Source of the DNA: Betaproteobacteria bacterium | Lineage (GTDB): Bacteria; Pseudomonadota; Gammaproteobacteria; Burkholderiales; WYBJ01 | Reading direction: 5' to 3' | Assembly: GCA_009377585.1 (NCBI GenBank) | Contig: WHTS01000004.1 | Coordinates: forward strand, 11,874-75,873 | DNA: 64,000 nucleotides | The notes under the pieces: generated by a model | Databases searched by the model: none | What the model saw: only the letters and a program-made list of their open reading frames with translations | What the model was told of the DNA's origin: nothing | Made by a program: the position numbers and the translations under genes | In this document: piece after piece, positions 40,970 to 50,239 of the stretch | Layout of the letters: the number at the start of each line of letters is the position of its first letter | Position numbering within the stretch: position 1 is the first letter of the stretch

Positions 40970-41686
40970 ATGAAGACCCGTGGACGCTCGCGACGAACTG
41001 CGTTTGCCGCCGTATTCCATACCAAGGAGGAATACGTCGCCGATTTCCTGCGCGAAGGCATTCTTTCGGGCGAGATCCCGCGCGGCACGCGCTTGAAGCA
41101 GGCAGAGCTCGCCGAGGAGCTGGGACTGAGCATCACGCCCGTGCGCGAGGCGCTGAAGCTGCTGGCCGCGGAAGGTTATGTCCTTGGCGCCACCCACCGG
41201 GGCGCGATCGTCGCGCCGTTCGAGGTGTCGAGCGCATCCGAAGTGATCGAGCTGCGCGCGCTGCTGGAGACGCGGCTCACCGTGAGCGCCATGCGCCGCA
41301 TGACGCTGGGCGACATGGAGCAGATGCAGCGGCTGGGTCAGGACTTCGATCGCGCCTTCGAGATGGGCGACCGCAATGCGGCCCGCGGCGCCAACTATCG
41401 CTTCCACCGTTTTCTCTACGGGCTTGCGGGGCAGCCGCTGAGCTTTCATTTTGTCCAGGTGCTGTGGGCGAAATACCCGTTCGATATCATCAACCAGCTC
41501 GGCGGCCGCGTCGGCCGCGCGGCGCACGAGCATGCCCGCATCATCGATGCGGTGGTCTCGCGCAACGAGGAAGCGGCCGCGGCCGCGACGCGCGAGCACA
41601 TCTATGCGGGCTGGAACGAGTTGAAGGCGGCGATCGAAGCCGACCCCGCCCTGGTGGACCAGGGCACGGCGCAAGCCGCGGCTTGA
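40970..41686 (+). CDS. GntR family (FCD) transcriptional regulator
   Basis: LREGILSGEI..G.RLKQ.ELAEELGLSITPVREALKLL; FCD-type C-terminus (NYRFH, EH..IIDA). Confidence 0.9.
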   Translation: MKTRGRSRRTAFAAVFHTKEEYVADFLREGILSGEIPRGTRLKQAELAEELGLSITPVREALKLLAAEGYVLGATHRGAIVAPFEVSSASEVIELRALLETRLTVSAMRRMTLGDMEQMQRLGQDFDRAFEMGDRNAARGANYRFHRFLYGLAGQPLSFHFVQVLWAKYPFDIINQLGGRVGRAAHEHARIIDAVVSRNEEAAAAATREHIYAGWNELKAAIEADPALVDQGTAQAAA

Positions 41687-41772
41687 CCGCGCCCGCGATC
41701 ATCGTACCCATGCCGCACGCCGCCGCGCAGACGCGCCCCGGTCAGAGCAAGACAAATCCAAGGAGGAAGCAG

Positions 41773-42507
41773 ATGCGAATCGCATCCAAGGTGCTGCACC
41801 GCGACCAGGACGGCGTGTCGGGATTCTTAGCCTACCCTGCTACCGCGGCGCGCAGGCCCGGCGTGCTGGTGCTCCATCATGCCAATGGCGTGACCGCGGA
41901 TCTCAAGACCACGGCGGCGGATCTGGCTCGACTGGGCTACGCGACCCTGGTCCCGAATCTGTACCACATGCTCGGCGTAGCGGGCGACAGCCACATCGGC
42001 CGCGGCGCGGAACTGCAACAGCGGCTGAACGACAACGAGTTCCTGCGCGTGATCGGCGACGCATGGCGCTTCCTCGCCCGGCGCGCCGATGTCGATCCGA
42101 CCCGCACCGGCATCATCGCCCACTCCATGGGCGGCCGGCTCGCGGTCCCCTTCGCCGCCGATACGCCCGAGCTGCGCGCGCTGGTACTCTACTATCCTTC
42201 GGTGCGCGACGAGATCGAGACGGCGCTGCGGCCGCGACACGCATTCGACCTGGCGCGAACGATCAAGTGCCCCTCGATGCTGATCTACGGCGGGCACGAC
42301 CACATCGCCACCCCCGAGACGCGCAGGCGGCTGTGGGAAAGCTTCCACGCCAACGGCCAGCCGTTCGAGTGGCATTTCTACTCGCATGCCCGCCACGGCT
42401 TCGCCTCGCCCGATTCCGACGGCTATCAACCCGAGATGGCATCGATCGTGTGGCCGCTGGTAACCGAGTTCCTGCAGCGGGCGCTGGTGGAGCCGCCGGT
42501 GGCGTGA
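41773..42507 (+). CDS. Dienelactone hydrolase-family alpha/beta hydrolase
   Basis: PGVLVLHH.NG, ARLGY..LVPNLY, AHSMGG nucleophile elbow, GGHD, HGF; AGGAGG RBS. Confidence 0.82.
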   Translation: MRIASKVLHRDQDGVSGFLAYPATAARRPGVLVLHHANGVTADLKTTAADLARLGYATLVPNLYHMLGVAGDSHIGRGAELQQRLNDNEFLRVIGDAWRFLARRADVDPTRTGIIAHSMGGRLAVPFAADTPELRALVLYYPSVRDEIETALRPRHAFDLARTIKCPSMLIYGGHDHIATPETRRRLWESFHANGQPFEWHFYSHARHGFASPDSDGYQPEMASIVWPLVTEFLQRALVEPPVA

Positions 42508-42633
42508 ACGCCGCCACCCGCACGCAGCCTCGGCTTTCGCGTCGAGCGAGAATCCCGCACGCCTCGCGCAACGCTCGCTGCCCGGCAGCGGCGTCAGCCG
42601 TTACAATCGGCTGGTTGCCTGCGATCCGACGCC

Positions 42634-43347
42634 ATGATCCAACTGCTCACGATAGCCCACACTTCGGACGTTCATCTGCACGACGGGGACGATGCCGCGC
42701 CCATCCGGGCCGCATTCGAGCGCGTCGTCGATACGGTGCTCGACACCCGCTCGGATCTCTTTCTGATCGCCGGCGACCTGTTCGATCACACCCGCATCCA
42801 GGGCGACGTGATCGACTTCGTCTACGAGCAGCTCGCGCGCGTGGACTGCCCCACCGTCATCATTCCCGGCAATCACGATTGCTGGCAGGAGCGCTCGGTC
42901 CTGCAACGCATGGACTTTCGCCGCGCCGGCCACCATGTCGTCCTGCTCGACCAGCCCGACGGCGCCGTGGTGGAGTTTCCCGAATTGCATGCCACGGTGT
43001 GGGGACGCTGCATGCTCGACCACGCGCCCAGCAACAAGCCGATGGCGAACGCTCCTGCGCGCACGCGCGATCTGTGGCACATCGGCATGGCGCACGGACT
43101 GTACAGCGAGGATGGGGAGAGCGATCGCTCCTCGATCATCACCGCGCAGGAGATCGAGACGTCCGGCTTCGATTACCTGGCGCTCGGCCACGTGCATATG
43201 CACCGGCAGATCCGCCATGGACGCACAGTGGCCTGCTATCCCGGCGTTCCGGCGGCACAGCTCGGCACGCGGCCGAATGGCAGCATGGCGATCGTCGCAC
43301 TGGAGCCGGGCAAGCGCGCCCGAGTCACGGATCACATTCTGCAATAG
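42634..43347 (+). CDS. Metallophosphoesterase, SbcD/Mre11-like
   Basis: HTSDVHL, IAGDLFD, IPGNHD, AHG, DYLALGHVH, YPG. Confidence 0.85.
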   Translation: MIQLLTIAHTSDVHLHDGDDAAPIRAAFERVVDTVLDTRSDLFLIAGDLFDHTRIQGDVIDFVYEQLARVDCPTVIIPGNHDCWQERSVLQRMDFRRAGHHVVLLDQPDGAVVEFPELHATVWGRCMLDHAPSNKPMANAPARTRDLWHIGMAHGLYSEDGESDRSSIITAQEIETSGFDYLALGHVHMHRQIRHGRTVACYPGVPAAQLGTRPNGSMAIVALEPGKRARVTDHILQ

Positions 43348-43360
43348 CGCTCCGCGACGC

Positions 43361-44218
43361 TCAGGCGTCCGCGAGAAAACGGCCCATGCTGGCGGCGAAC
43401 GCATCGGGTTGATCGGTGAAGAGCGCGTGGCCGGCGCCTTCGATGCGCTCGATCCGGCAGCGCGGCATGGTCGACGCCATGCGCTGCGCCAGCTCCTCGT
43501 TCACCACGCGGCTCACGCCGCCGTACTGCAACAGCGTCGGCGCCTCGATACGCCGCACCGTCTCCCACAGGTCGACGGCGGGCCCACGTCCGCGCGTGCG
43601 CTGCAGGAGCGCCGGATCGTACTTCCAGGTGTAGCGGCCATCGTCGAGCCGGCGCATGCCGTGGCGCACGCTCTCCTCGATCATGGGGCGCGGGGCGCGG
43701 AACATGAGTTGCGCGAGGTATTCGCAAGCTTCTTCCTGCGAATCGAACGCACGTGGCGGGGGCGTCTCGGCAATGCGCGACAGATCGGCGTCGGGACCGA
43801 TGTTGGCCGGCCGCCCGGCGGCGATATCGACCAGCACCAGCCGCTCGACGTGGCCGGGATGGCGCTCGGTGAAGAGCATCGAAACGCGCCCGCCGAGCGA
43901 ATGGCCGACCAGCGTGAAGCGCCCGAGGCCGCGCTCGGCGACGGTCGCGCGCAGATCCTGATAGAAATCCTCCAGGGCGTAGCCCTGCTTCGCGCACCAG
44001 CTGCTGTCGCCGTGACCGCGCTGGTCGACCGCGACGATATGGTAGCGATCGCTGAAGCGGCGGCAGAAGTCGTTCCACACGTGCGCATGCAGGCGGCTGC
44101 CGTGCACCAGCACGATCGTGGGATGGTCCGGATTGCCCCAATCGAGATGATGCAGGCGGACGGCATCGCGAACGACGAAGTGGCTATCGGCGGGAACGGC
44201 GGCGGGAACGGTTGTCAT
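43361..44218 (-). CDS. Alpha/beta hydrolase (family 1/6)
   Basis: LVHGSR, DQRGHGDS, VGHSLGG, GAGHALF. Confidence 0.88.
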   Translation of the reverse strand: MTTVPAAVPADSHFVVRDAVRLHHLDWGNPDHPTIVLVHGSRLHAHVWNDFCRRFSDRYHIVAVDQRGHGDSSWCAKQGYALEDFYQDLRATVAERGLGRFTLVGHSLGGRVSMLFTERHPGHVERLVLVDIAAGRPANIGPDADLSRIAETPPPRAFDSQEEACEYLAQLMFRAPRPMIEESVRHGMRRLDDGRYTWKYDPALLQRTRGRGPAVDLWETVRRIEAPTLLQYGGVSRVVNEELAQRMASTMPRCRIERIEGAGHALFTDQPDAFAASMGRFLADA

Positions 44219-44360
44219 GGCGAGCGCGCTGTGATGAATCGGAATGTCCGATGCTACCTTAGCGGCCCGCATGCGCGGTAGCTATACTGCCGGCTGTTGC
44301 GCTCGGACTGACGGGGGTCGAGCGGCGACGTCAGATCGCAGAGCTCGAGAGGAGGCCGAC

Positions 44361-46505
44361 ATGCCCAGCCGCAAACTGAAGATCGCCGGTCGCGAGCTGA
44401 CGCTCGATGCGCGCCCCGACCGCCTGGATCTGCGCGACCTGCCGTTTCGTCCCGCGGTTCAGTCGCTGCCCGCCGTCTATCCGAGCGATGCCGGCGTGGC
44501 CGAATTGCTGCCGGCGTATCAGGGAGCCGATCTGGTCCTGGACCAGGGCCAGGAAGGTGCGTGCACCGGCTTCGGGCTCGCGGTCGTCATCAATTACCTC
44601 TTGTGGGTGCGTTCGAGCCACAAGATGACGTCCGCCGACAAGGTGAGCGAGCGCATGATCTATCACCTGGCGCGCTTCTACGACGAGTGGCCGGGCGAGG
44701 ATTACGAAGGCTCGAGCTGCCGCGGCGCGTTGAAAGGCTGGCATCGCCATGGCGTGTGCGGCGAATCGCTCTGGCCTTACCGCAACGCCGACGGCGAAGT
44801 GACGTTCGTCGCCCCGCAAAACGAATGGGAGCTCGACGCGGTGCGCCGCCCGCTCGGCGTGTACTACCGCGTGGAACGCGAGTCGGTGGTCGATATCCAG
44901 GCAGCGATCCGGCAGACCGGGGCGGTGTACGTTTCGGCCACCGTGCACGAAGGCTGGGACGTGAAAACCGTGACCAAGCCGATATGCCACGACGCGCTGC
45001 CGACCATCAAGCCCAGCCGCAAGGGTCTCGGCGGGCATGCGTTCGCGCTGGTCGGTTACAACAACGTCGGCTTCATCGTGCAGAACTCCTGGGGGAAAAC
45101 CTGGGCCGCGTCGGGGTTCGCGGTGCTTCCCTATGAGGAATGGGTGCTGTGGGGAACCGATGCCTGGGTGGTCGGATTGGGCGCCCCGATCACGGCCGGT
45201 ACCAGGACGCGCAGCAACGTGCGCTCGATCGCGCCGCCGCGGCGTCACTTCATTCCGCCCTCGGCCCGTAACGCGCCGGCGAGCTCCGGGCTGTCGAGCC
45301 TGTTCCGCGGCGCACGCGACAAGTTCGCCGACAAGAAAGGTGTGTGGAGCAGCGACTACGCCTACAACCACACGCTGGTCACAGCCAACGACGGGCGCAC
45401 CGTCAATCGCCTGCTGCACGTCGCCAACGAGGACAAGAACACCGAGTACGTGGCGCTCACCAAGCCGCTGGAGTGGTTCGGGCAGCGGCCGCAGGGCGAG
45501 CCGTGGCGCCTGCTGGTGTACGCGCACGGCGGCCTCAATTCGGAAGAAGACTCGATCCAGCGCATCCGGCTGCTGGGCCCGCAGATCGAAGCGAATGCAA
45601 TCTACCCGCTGTTCGTGACCTGGAAGAGCGGCTGGCAGGAAACGATCGCCAACATGCTCGAGGACGGCTTCCAGTCCGAGTTCGGCCAGAGGGCGCCGGC
45701 CGAAGGGCTCGGCGAGGCAATGAGCGAAGCGACCGATCGCGCCGTCGAAGTGCTCTCGCGTCAGGTGCTGGCACGCAGCCTCTGGTCGGAGATGAAGGAG
45801 AACGTCGCCCGCGCCGCAGCCTCGGACCGCGGATTCTGTCTGCTCGCAAATCGCATCAAGGAACTGGCCGCGAAGGCAGACGGCAAGCTCGAAATCCACC
45901 TCGTGGGGCATTCGGCCGGGTCGTACGTACTCGGGCGCCTGCTCGGCGAGCTGGGCGTCGATCCGGTCGTGAAGGCGGCGTCGTGCACGCTGTACGCGCC
46001 GGCGTGCGACCTGGAATTTGCGCTCACGTACTTCAAGCCCGCCGTCGAGGGCGGCTGCCTGCCGGGCTCGGCGTTTCGGGTGCACCTGTTGAACGACAAG
46101 CTCGAGCGCGCCGACAGCATCGGCCCCTACCGCAAGTCGCTGCTCTATCTGGTGAGCCGTGCGCTCGAGCGCTGGCACAAGACGCCGTTGCTCGGGCTGG
46201 CGATTGCTTGGGATTCGCAGTATGCGGGCGAGGAACACTGGCACAAAGACACCCTGGAGCACGTGCGGCAGTGGCAAGCCTTCGCCTGGCCCGGCGAAAC
46301 CCGGCCGGGCGATTTCGCCGAACAAGGCAAGCCCGCTCCGGGCGGCTATCTGGCAGTGTTGAATGCGAGGCAAGTCGACTGCGGACCGCGCAAGATCGCG
46401 TCCACTCACGGCTGCTTCGACAACAGCATCGAAGTCGTGGGCCGCACGTTGAAGTGCATCCTGGGCAGCGAGCTGACGAAGAATCTCGACGATCTCGATT
46501 TCTGA
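44361..46505 (+). CDS. Papain-like (C1) cysteine peptidase fused to a C-terminal alpha/beta-hydrolase domain
   Basis: DQGQEGACTGF, GGHAFALVGY, FIVQNSWG (Q/C/H/N present); AHGGLN, VGHSAGS, STHGCFD; GAGGAGG RBS; no signal peptide visible. Confidence 0.85.
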   Translation: MPSRKLKIAGRELTLDARPDRLDLRDLPFRPAVQSLPAVYPSDAGVAELLPAYQGADLVLDQGQEGACTGFGLAVVINYLLWVRSSHKMTSADKVSERMIYHLARFYDEWPGEDYEGSSCRGALKGWHRHGVCGESLWPYRNADGEVTFVAPQNEWELDAVRRPLGVYYRVERESVVDIQAAIRQTGAVYVSATVHEGWDVKTVTKPICHDALPTIKPSRKGLGGHAFALVGYNNVGFIVQNSWGKTWAASGFAVLPYEEWVLWGTDAWVVGLGAPITAGTRTRSNVRSIAPPRRHFIPPSARNAPASSGLSSLFRGARDKFADKKGVWSSDYAYNHTLVTANDGRTVNRLLHVANEDKNTEYVALTKPLEWFGQRPQGEPWRLLVYAHGGLNSEEDSIQRIRLLGPQIEANAIYPLFVTWKSGWQETIANMLEDGFQSEFGQRAPAEGLGEAMSEATDRAVEVLSRQVLARSLWSEMKENVARAAASDRGFCLLANRIKELAAKADGKLEIHLVGHSAGSYVLGRLLGELGVDPVVKAASCTLYAPACDLEFALTYFKPAVEGGCLPGSAFRVHLLNDKLERADSIGPYRKSLLYLVSRALERWHKTPLLGLAIAWDSQYAGEEHWHKDTLEHVRQWQAFAWPGETRPGDFAEQGKPAPGGYLAVLNARQVDCGPRKIASTHGCFDNSIEVVGRTLKCILGSELTKNLDDLDF

Positions 46506-46515
46506 GACGACGTTC

Positions 46516-48318
46516 ATGCCTGCAGCGGTGCACAACGCCGGCAACCGGGACGAAAGCCCGCGCTCGCTCGCCGAGCGCGTGCGCCGCGAGCAGATCCGCG
46601 CGCTTTACGAAGAGCTGCCCTTCTCCGCACTCGGGATGACGATCGGCGGCGTGATCGTGGTCGCGGGCCTGTGGCAATCGAATACCCCGCGCTCGCTCAT
46701 GATCCTGTGGCTGGGATTGATCGCCGCCAACCAGAGCTGGCGACTGCTGCTGTATCGGCAGTTCCAGCGCGCCGAGCCGGCAACGCGCAGCACCGGGCTG
46801 TGGGGGCGGCGCTGGGCGCTGGGTGCGCTCTATTCGGGCCTGACGTGGGGATCGAGCGCGCTGTTCATGTTCGATCCGGCCAGCGCGAACTACCAGGCCT
46901 ATCTGGTGATCTGCCTGGTCGGAGTCACTGCCGGCGCGCTGGCGCTGGTCACCATCGACCTGCGCTCGTTCTTCCTCTTCATCGTCCCTACCTTGTTGCC
47001 GATCACGGCGCGGCTGGTGGCCGAAGCCGATCGCATGCATCTCTGGATGGCGGCGGTCTGCGCGCTGGTGCTGTGCGTACTGATCAAGTTCGGCCTGAAG
47101 CTCAACCGCGAGCTCGAGCAATCGCTATACAACCGCTTCTTGCTCGACGACGAACGGCGCCTGGCCGAGCGCGCGCGCCAGCAAGCGGAAGTTGCGACGC
47201 AGGCCAAGTCGAAGTTCCTGCAGGCGACCAGTCACGATCTGCGCAACGACGTGCAGGCGATCAGCCTGCTCACCGACCAGCTGGCGCAGGCGAATCACGA
47301 TCCGAAGCAGCATGAGCGCGTGGCCGCCATCGCCGCCTCGGCGCGCACGGTGGGGCGGCTCGCCGACGACCTGCTGTCGGTATCGCGTCTGGATGCGGGC
47401 GATATCCAGCCGTTCGTGACCGCAGTCGCGCTGCAGCCGCTGTTCGACTCGATCGAGCTGGAGTTCGGCCACCTCGCCGCCCAGCAGGGCATCGCGCTTC
47501 GCATCCAACCGACGCCGCTCGCCGTGACGACCGATCGCATGCTGCTCGAACGCATCGTGCGCAACCTGGCGAGCAACGCCGTGCGCTATACGCGCTCCGG
47601 CGGCAGCGTCGAGATCGGCGTGCACGCCGAGGATAACGCAGTGCGGATCGAAGTCCGCGACACCGGCATCGGGATCGCGCCGCAGGACCAGCAACGCATC
47701 TTCGACGAGTTCTATCAGGTGGCGGGCAGCGCAGCCAGCAAAGGGCTGGGCATCGGATTGTCGATCGTGCAGCGCTTCGTCGAGCTGCTCGGCCACCGCT
47801 TGACGGTCGAGTCGATGCCCGGCCGCGGCTCCACCTTCGGCATCCACCTGGCGGCGGCCGCCGCTCCGGCGCCCGAATCGGTGCACGAGCCGGCGCTGCC
47901 CAATCCGCTGCGAGGACGGGTCGCCTTACTGGTGGACGACGATGCGGCGGTCCTGAGCGGCATGGCCGACAAATTGAGGAGCTGGGATCTCGAGGTGTTC
48001 GCGGCGACCGATGCCGACCAGGCGCTGGCTGCCCTGGAAGGCGCACGGCACGTCCCGGCGCTCATCGTCGCCGACTACCAGCTGGGCACGGACGAGAACG
48101 GGATCGCGCTGGTGGATCGTGTCCGCAGCCGTTTCGCGAGCCCGATCCCGGCGCTGCTGGTGACCGGCTACGGCGGCGACGAGCACCGCGCGCCGGCCGC
48201 GGCGCGCGGCATTCGCATTCTCGCAAAGCCGGTCAAGCCGGCCCAGCTGCGGCTCGCGCTGGAAGATGCGCTCAGAATCGAGGGCTCGCGCTGGGAGACG
48301 CGCTCAGTACCGAGCTGA
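46516..48318 (+). CDS. Membrane hybrid sensor histidine kinase/response regulator
   Basis: About 5-6 N-terminal TM helices; ATSHDLR H-box; NLASNAVRYT, DTGIGI, F, GLGIGLS boxes; C-terminal REC domain (VDDD, ADYQL, KPV). Confidence 0.92.
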   Translation: MPAAVHNAGNRDESPRSLAERVRREQIRALYEELPFSALGMTIGGVIVVAGLWQSNTPRSLMILWLGLIAANQSWRLLLYRQFQRAEPATRSTGLWGRRWALGALYSGLTWGSSALFMFDPASANYQAYLVICLVGVTAGALALVTIDLRSFFLFIVPTLLPITARLVAEADRMHLWMAAVCALVLCVLIKFGLKLNRELEQSLYNRFLLDDERRLAERARQQAEVATQAKSKFLQATSHDLRNDVQAISLLTDQLAQANHDPKQHERVAAIAASARTVGRLADDLLSVSRLDAGDIQPFVTAVALQPLFDSIELEFGHLAAQQGIALRIQPTPLAVTTDRMLLERIVRNLASNAVRYTRSGGSVEIGVHAEDNAVRIEVRDTGIGIAPQDQQRIFDEFYQVAGSAASKGLGIGLSIVQRFVELLGHRLTVESMPGRGSTFGIHLAAAAAPAPESVHEPALPNPLRGRVALLVDDDAAVLSGMADKLRSWDLEVFAATDADQALAALEGARHVPALIVADYQLGTDENGIALVDRVRSRFASPIPALLVTGYGGDEHRAPAAARGIRILAKPVKPAQLRLALEDALRIEGSRWETRSVPS

Positions 48319-48335
48319 CGCCGACGTAACGGCCA

Positions 48336-48403
48336 TTGACTGCGCCGAGCCCTGACCGCGCCGAATCCGGCTTTTGACTGCGCCGAGTCCGGCTTTTGAC
48401 TGT
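48336..48403. repeat. Short tandem repeat in a convergent intergenic region
   Basis: TGAC(T/C)GCGCCGA(G/A)... units start at 48337, 48353, 48375 and 48397 (periods 16, 22, 22). Confidence 0.75.
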
Positions 48404-48425
48404 AAATATCGCAGCCGCAGCGCGA

Positions 48426-48947
48426 TCAATCGAGCAGCTCCAGCTCGCCGATCAGCTCACCGCGCTGCGAAGAAACGACGAACCCGGCACGCGCGAGCAT
48501 CTCGCGTTCCGCATCGACCTCGGCCTTGGAGTACGCCACCAGGCTCGCCAGGCCCGACCGCCGCGCCCAGCGCACCGCCCGCCCGATACACTGCGCGCAG
48601 GCGCCATGCGCCCAATCTCCGGGCCAGGCGGTATACCACAGCTCCGCCCATCCGAGCAGGCGAGAAACCCGGTGCACCTGCGCGGTGGCGATGATCGGTC
48701 CCTGCCCGATGCGAGCGGCGACGACCTGGTCGGTCGAGAAGTCGGCCTGGCCGAATGCCGGCACGGTGCACAACTCGCCGAGCGTGCCCCAGCCGATGCT
48801 GGCACGCATTGCGGCGAGGCTGCGGCAGTGGGCCGTCAAGTCCTCGCGATCCGAAGCGCCGAGCGTGACCAGATCGTATCCGGCGGAATAGATCAGGCGC
48901 GGTCGGGATGCCCCGCCCTCGGCCGATATCATCGGACGCGCGCTCAT
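48426..48947 (-). CDS. Hypothetical protein, possibly a degenerate GNAT fold
   Basis: ATG overlaps the upstream stop (ATGA). C-terminal pattern AVRWARRSGLASL....AEREMLARAGF resembles GNAT motifs A/B. Confidence 0.55.
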   Translation of the reverse strand: MSARPMISAEGGASRPRLIYSAGYDLVTLGASDREDLTAHCRSLAAMRASIGWGTLGELCTVPAFGQADFSTDQVVAARIGQGPIIATAQVHRVSRLLGWAELWYTAWPGDWAHGACAQCIGRAVRWARRSGLASLVAYSKAEVDAEREMLARAGFVVSSQRGELIGELELLD

Positions 48948-49180
48948 GGCTGGTAGGCCGCGACCGCGATGCTCGCGCGTTGCGGCGCGATCGAATCGGC
49001 CGACAAGCCCGCCGCCGCCATCCGTTCCACGTCGCCCGGTCCGATGAGATAGATGCCGGTGGCGCACACGGCCCACAATCCGATTGCCGAACCGAGAAAA
49101 CGCAGCCGTTCGCTGCGCTGCGATTCATCCCGCCTGTCACGTCGTTTGTCACGTCGCCTGAACCTGTATTCCGTGTTCAT
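48944..49180 (-). CDS. Small single-TM hypothetical protein (78 aa)
   Basis: AAGGAGG RBS; Arg-rich N-terminus followed by hydrophobic FLGSAIGLWAVCATGIYLIG; coupled to the next gene. Confidence 0.7.
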   Translation of the reverse strand: MNTEYRFRRRDKRRDRRDESQRSERLRFLGSAIGLWAVCATGIYLIGPGDVERMAAAGLSADSIAPQRASIAVAAYQP

Positions 49181-49282
49181 GTCCGCCTCCTTGTTATCCG
49201 TTCGACGAGGGCTGCAGCATGGCCTTGCTGCAGGGCGTCATACTGCGGCGACAATTTGGCGGACACCATTGGACCGACGGGT

Positions 49283-49387
49283 TACGACCAAGGTCGAAAC
49301 ACGCATGCGAAGCGGTGCGTAGCGATATCTGCGAGCGTCCGAACCGCTGCGGGCTGAGGTGCCGGCTACCTGCCGACCTTGGTCGGC
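49283..49387. promoter_or_regulatory. Two palindromic operator-like boxes in a divergent promoter region
   Basis: TACGACCAAGGTCGAA (49283-49298) and GCCGACCTTGGTCGGC (49372-49387); the same core occurs at 58420-58435. Confidence 0.6.
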
Positions 49388-49476
49388 GGCGCAGCGGACA
49401 CGGATCCAGCCTCGCACCGTCCCCGCCTGCGGCCGAAATCGTCTAGACTTCGCGCAAACCAAGATTCGGGGGATGG

Positions 49477-50202
49477 ATGCAGGTTCTCGTGGTCGACGAC
49501 CACCCGCTGTTGCGCTCGGCGCTGAAGGAAGCGATCAAGGACCTCGATGACGAAGTCGATGTCATCGAAGGCCGCGACGCGGCGGACGCCCTGCGGCTCG
49601 CCCGCGACCATCCCGGGCTCGACCTCGTCCTGCTCGACTACGCCCTTCCGGATGCCGACGGGGCCACGGTGCTGGCGGAGCTGAAGGCCGCGCACCCGAC
49701 GTTGCCGATCATCGTCATCTCGGGCTTCGACGGGCGCGAGATCGTGACGGCAGCGATGAATGCCGGCGCCTCCGGTTTCATTTCCAAGGGCTCGACGCCG
49801 AAGCTCATCGTCACGGCCATCCGCCTGGTGCTCGACGGCGGCAAGTACGTGCCGGAGAGCATGATGCCTGGCTCCGGCACGGCGGCGGCGCGCGTGGTTC
49901 CGCTCGCGCGTGGCACGACCAATGCCGAGGCCCTGGCGCGCTTGCGCAACCTCCTCACGCCGCAGGAGCTGCGCGTGCTGGGTTTGCTGCTCAAGGGCTA
50001 CAGCAACAAGGAGATCGCGCGCGCCATCGGCAAGGAGATCCCCTCGCAGCGCGGCAGCTCCATCGCGGAATCGACCGTCAAGGCGCACATGACCAACATC
50101 CTGCGCGCGCTCGACGTGGAGCGGCGCACGCAAGCCGCGCTGGCGGTGGAGCGGCTCGGCGTGCACGCGCACGACCTGCTCGGCGGCGAGGACAAGGCTT
50201 GA
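49477..50202 (+). CDS. NarL/LuxR-family response regulator
   Basis: VVDDHPL, LLDYALPD, FISKG; C-terminal LTPQELRVL..L..GYSNKEIAR...ESTVKAHMTNILRAL.V..RTQA. Confidence 0.93.
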   Translation: MQVLVVDDHPLLRSALKEAIKDLDDEVDVIEGRDAADALRLARDHPGLDLVLLDYALPDADGATVLAELKAAHPTLPIIVISGFDGREIVTAAMNAGASGFISKGSTPKLIVTAIRLVLDGGKYVPESMMPGSGTAAARVVPLARGTTNAEALARLRNLLTPQELRVLGLLLKGYSNKEIARAIGKEIPSQRGSSIAESTVKAHMTNILRALDVERRTQAALAVERLGVHAHDLLGGEDKA

Positions 50203-50239
50203 GCCCGACGCTGCACCCGCGCGCGTAGTCCATCCTATC

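Noticed and set aside
44331-46544. 737-aa minus-strand ORF and similar long overlapping ORFs (e.g. 3658-4341, 15113-16867, 22049-23560, 27617-29374, 59332-62292)
   Set aside because: They are antisense or off-frame to well-supported genes, have Arg/Ala/Pro-rich composition, and lack motifs and RBSs.
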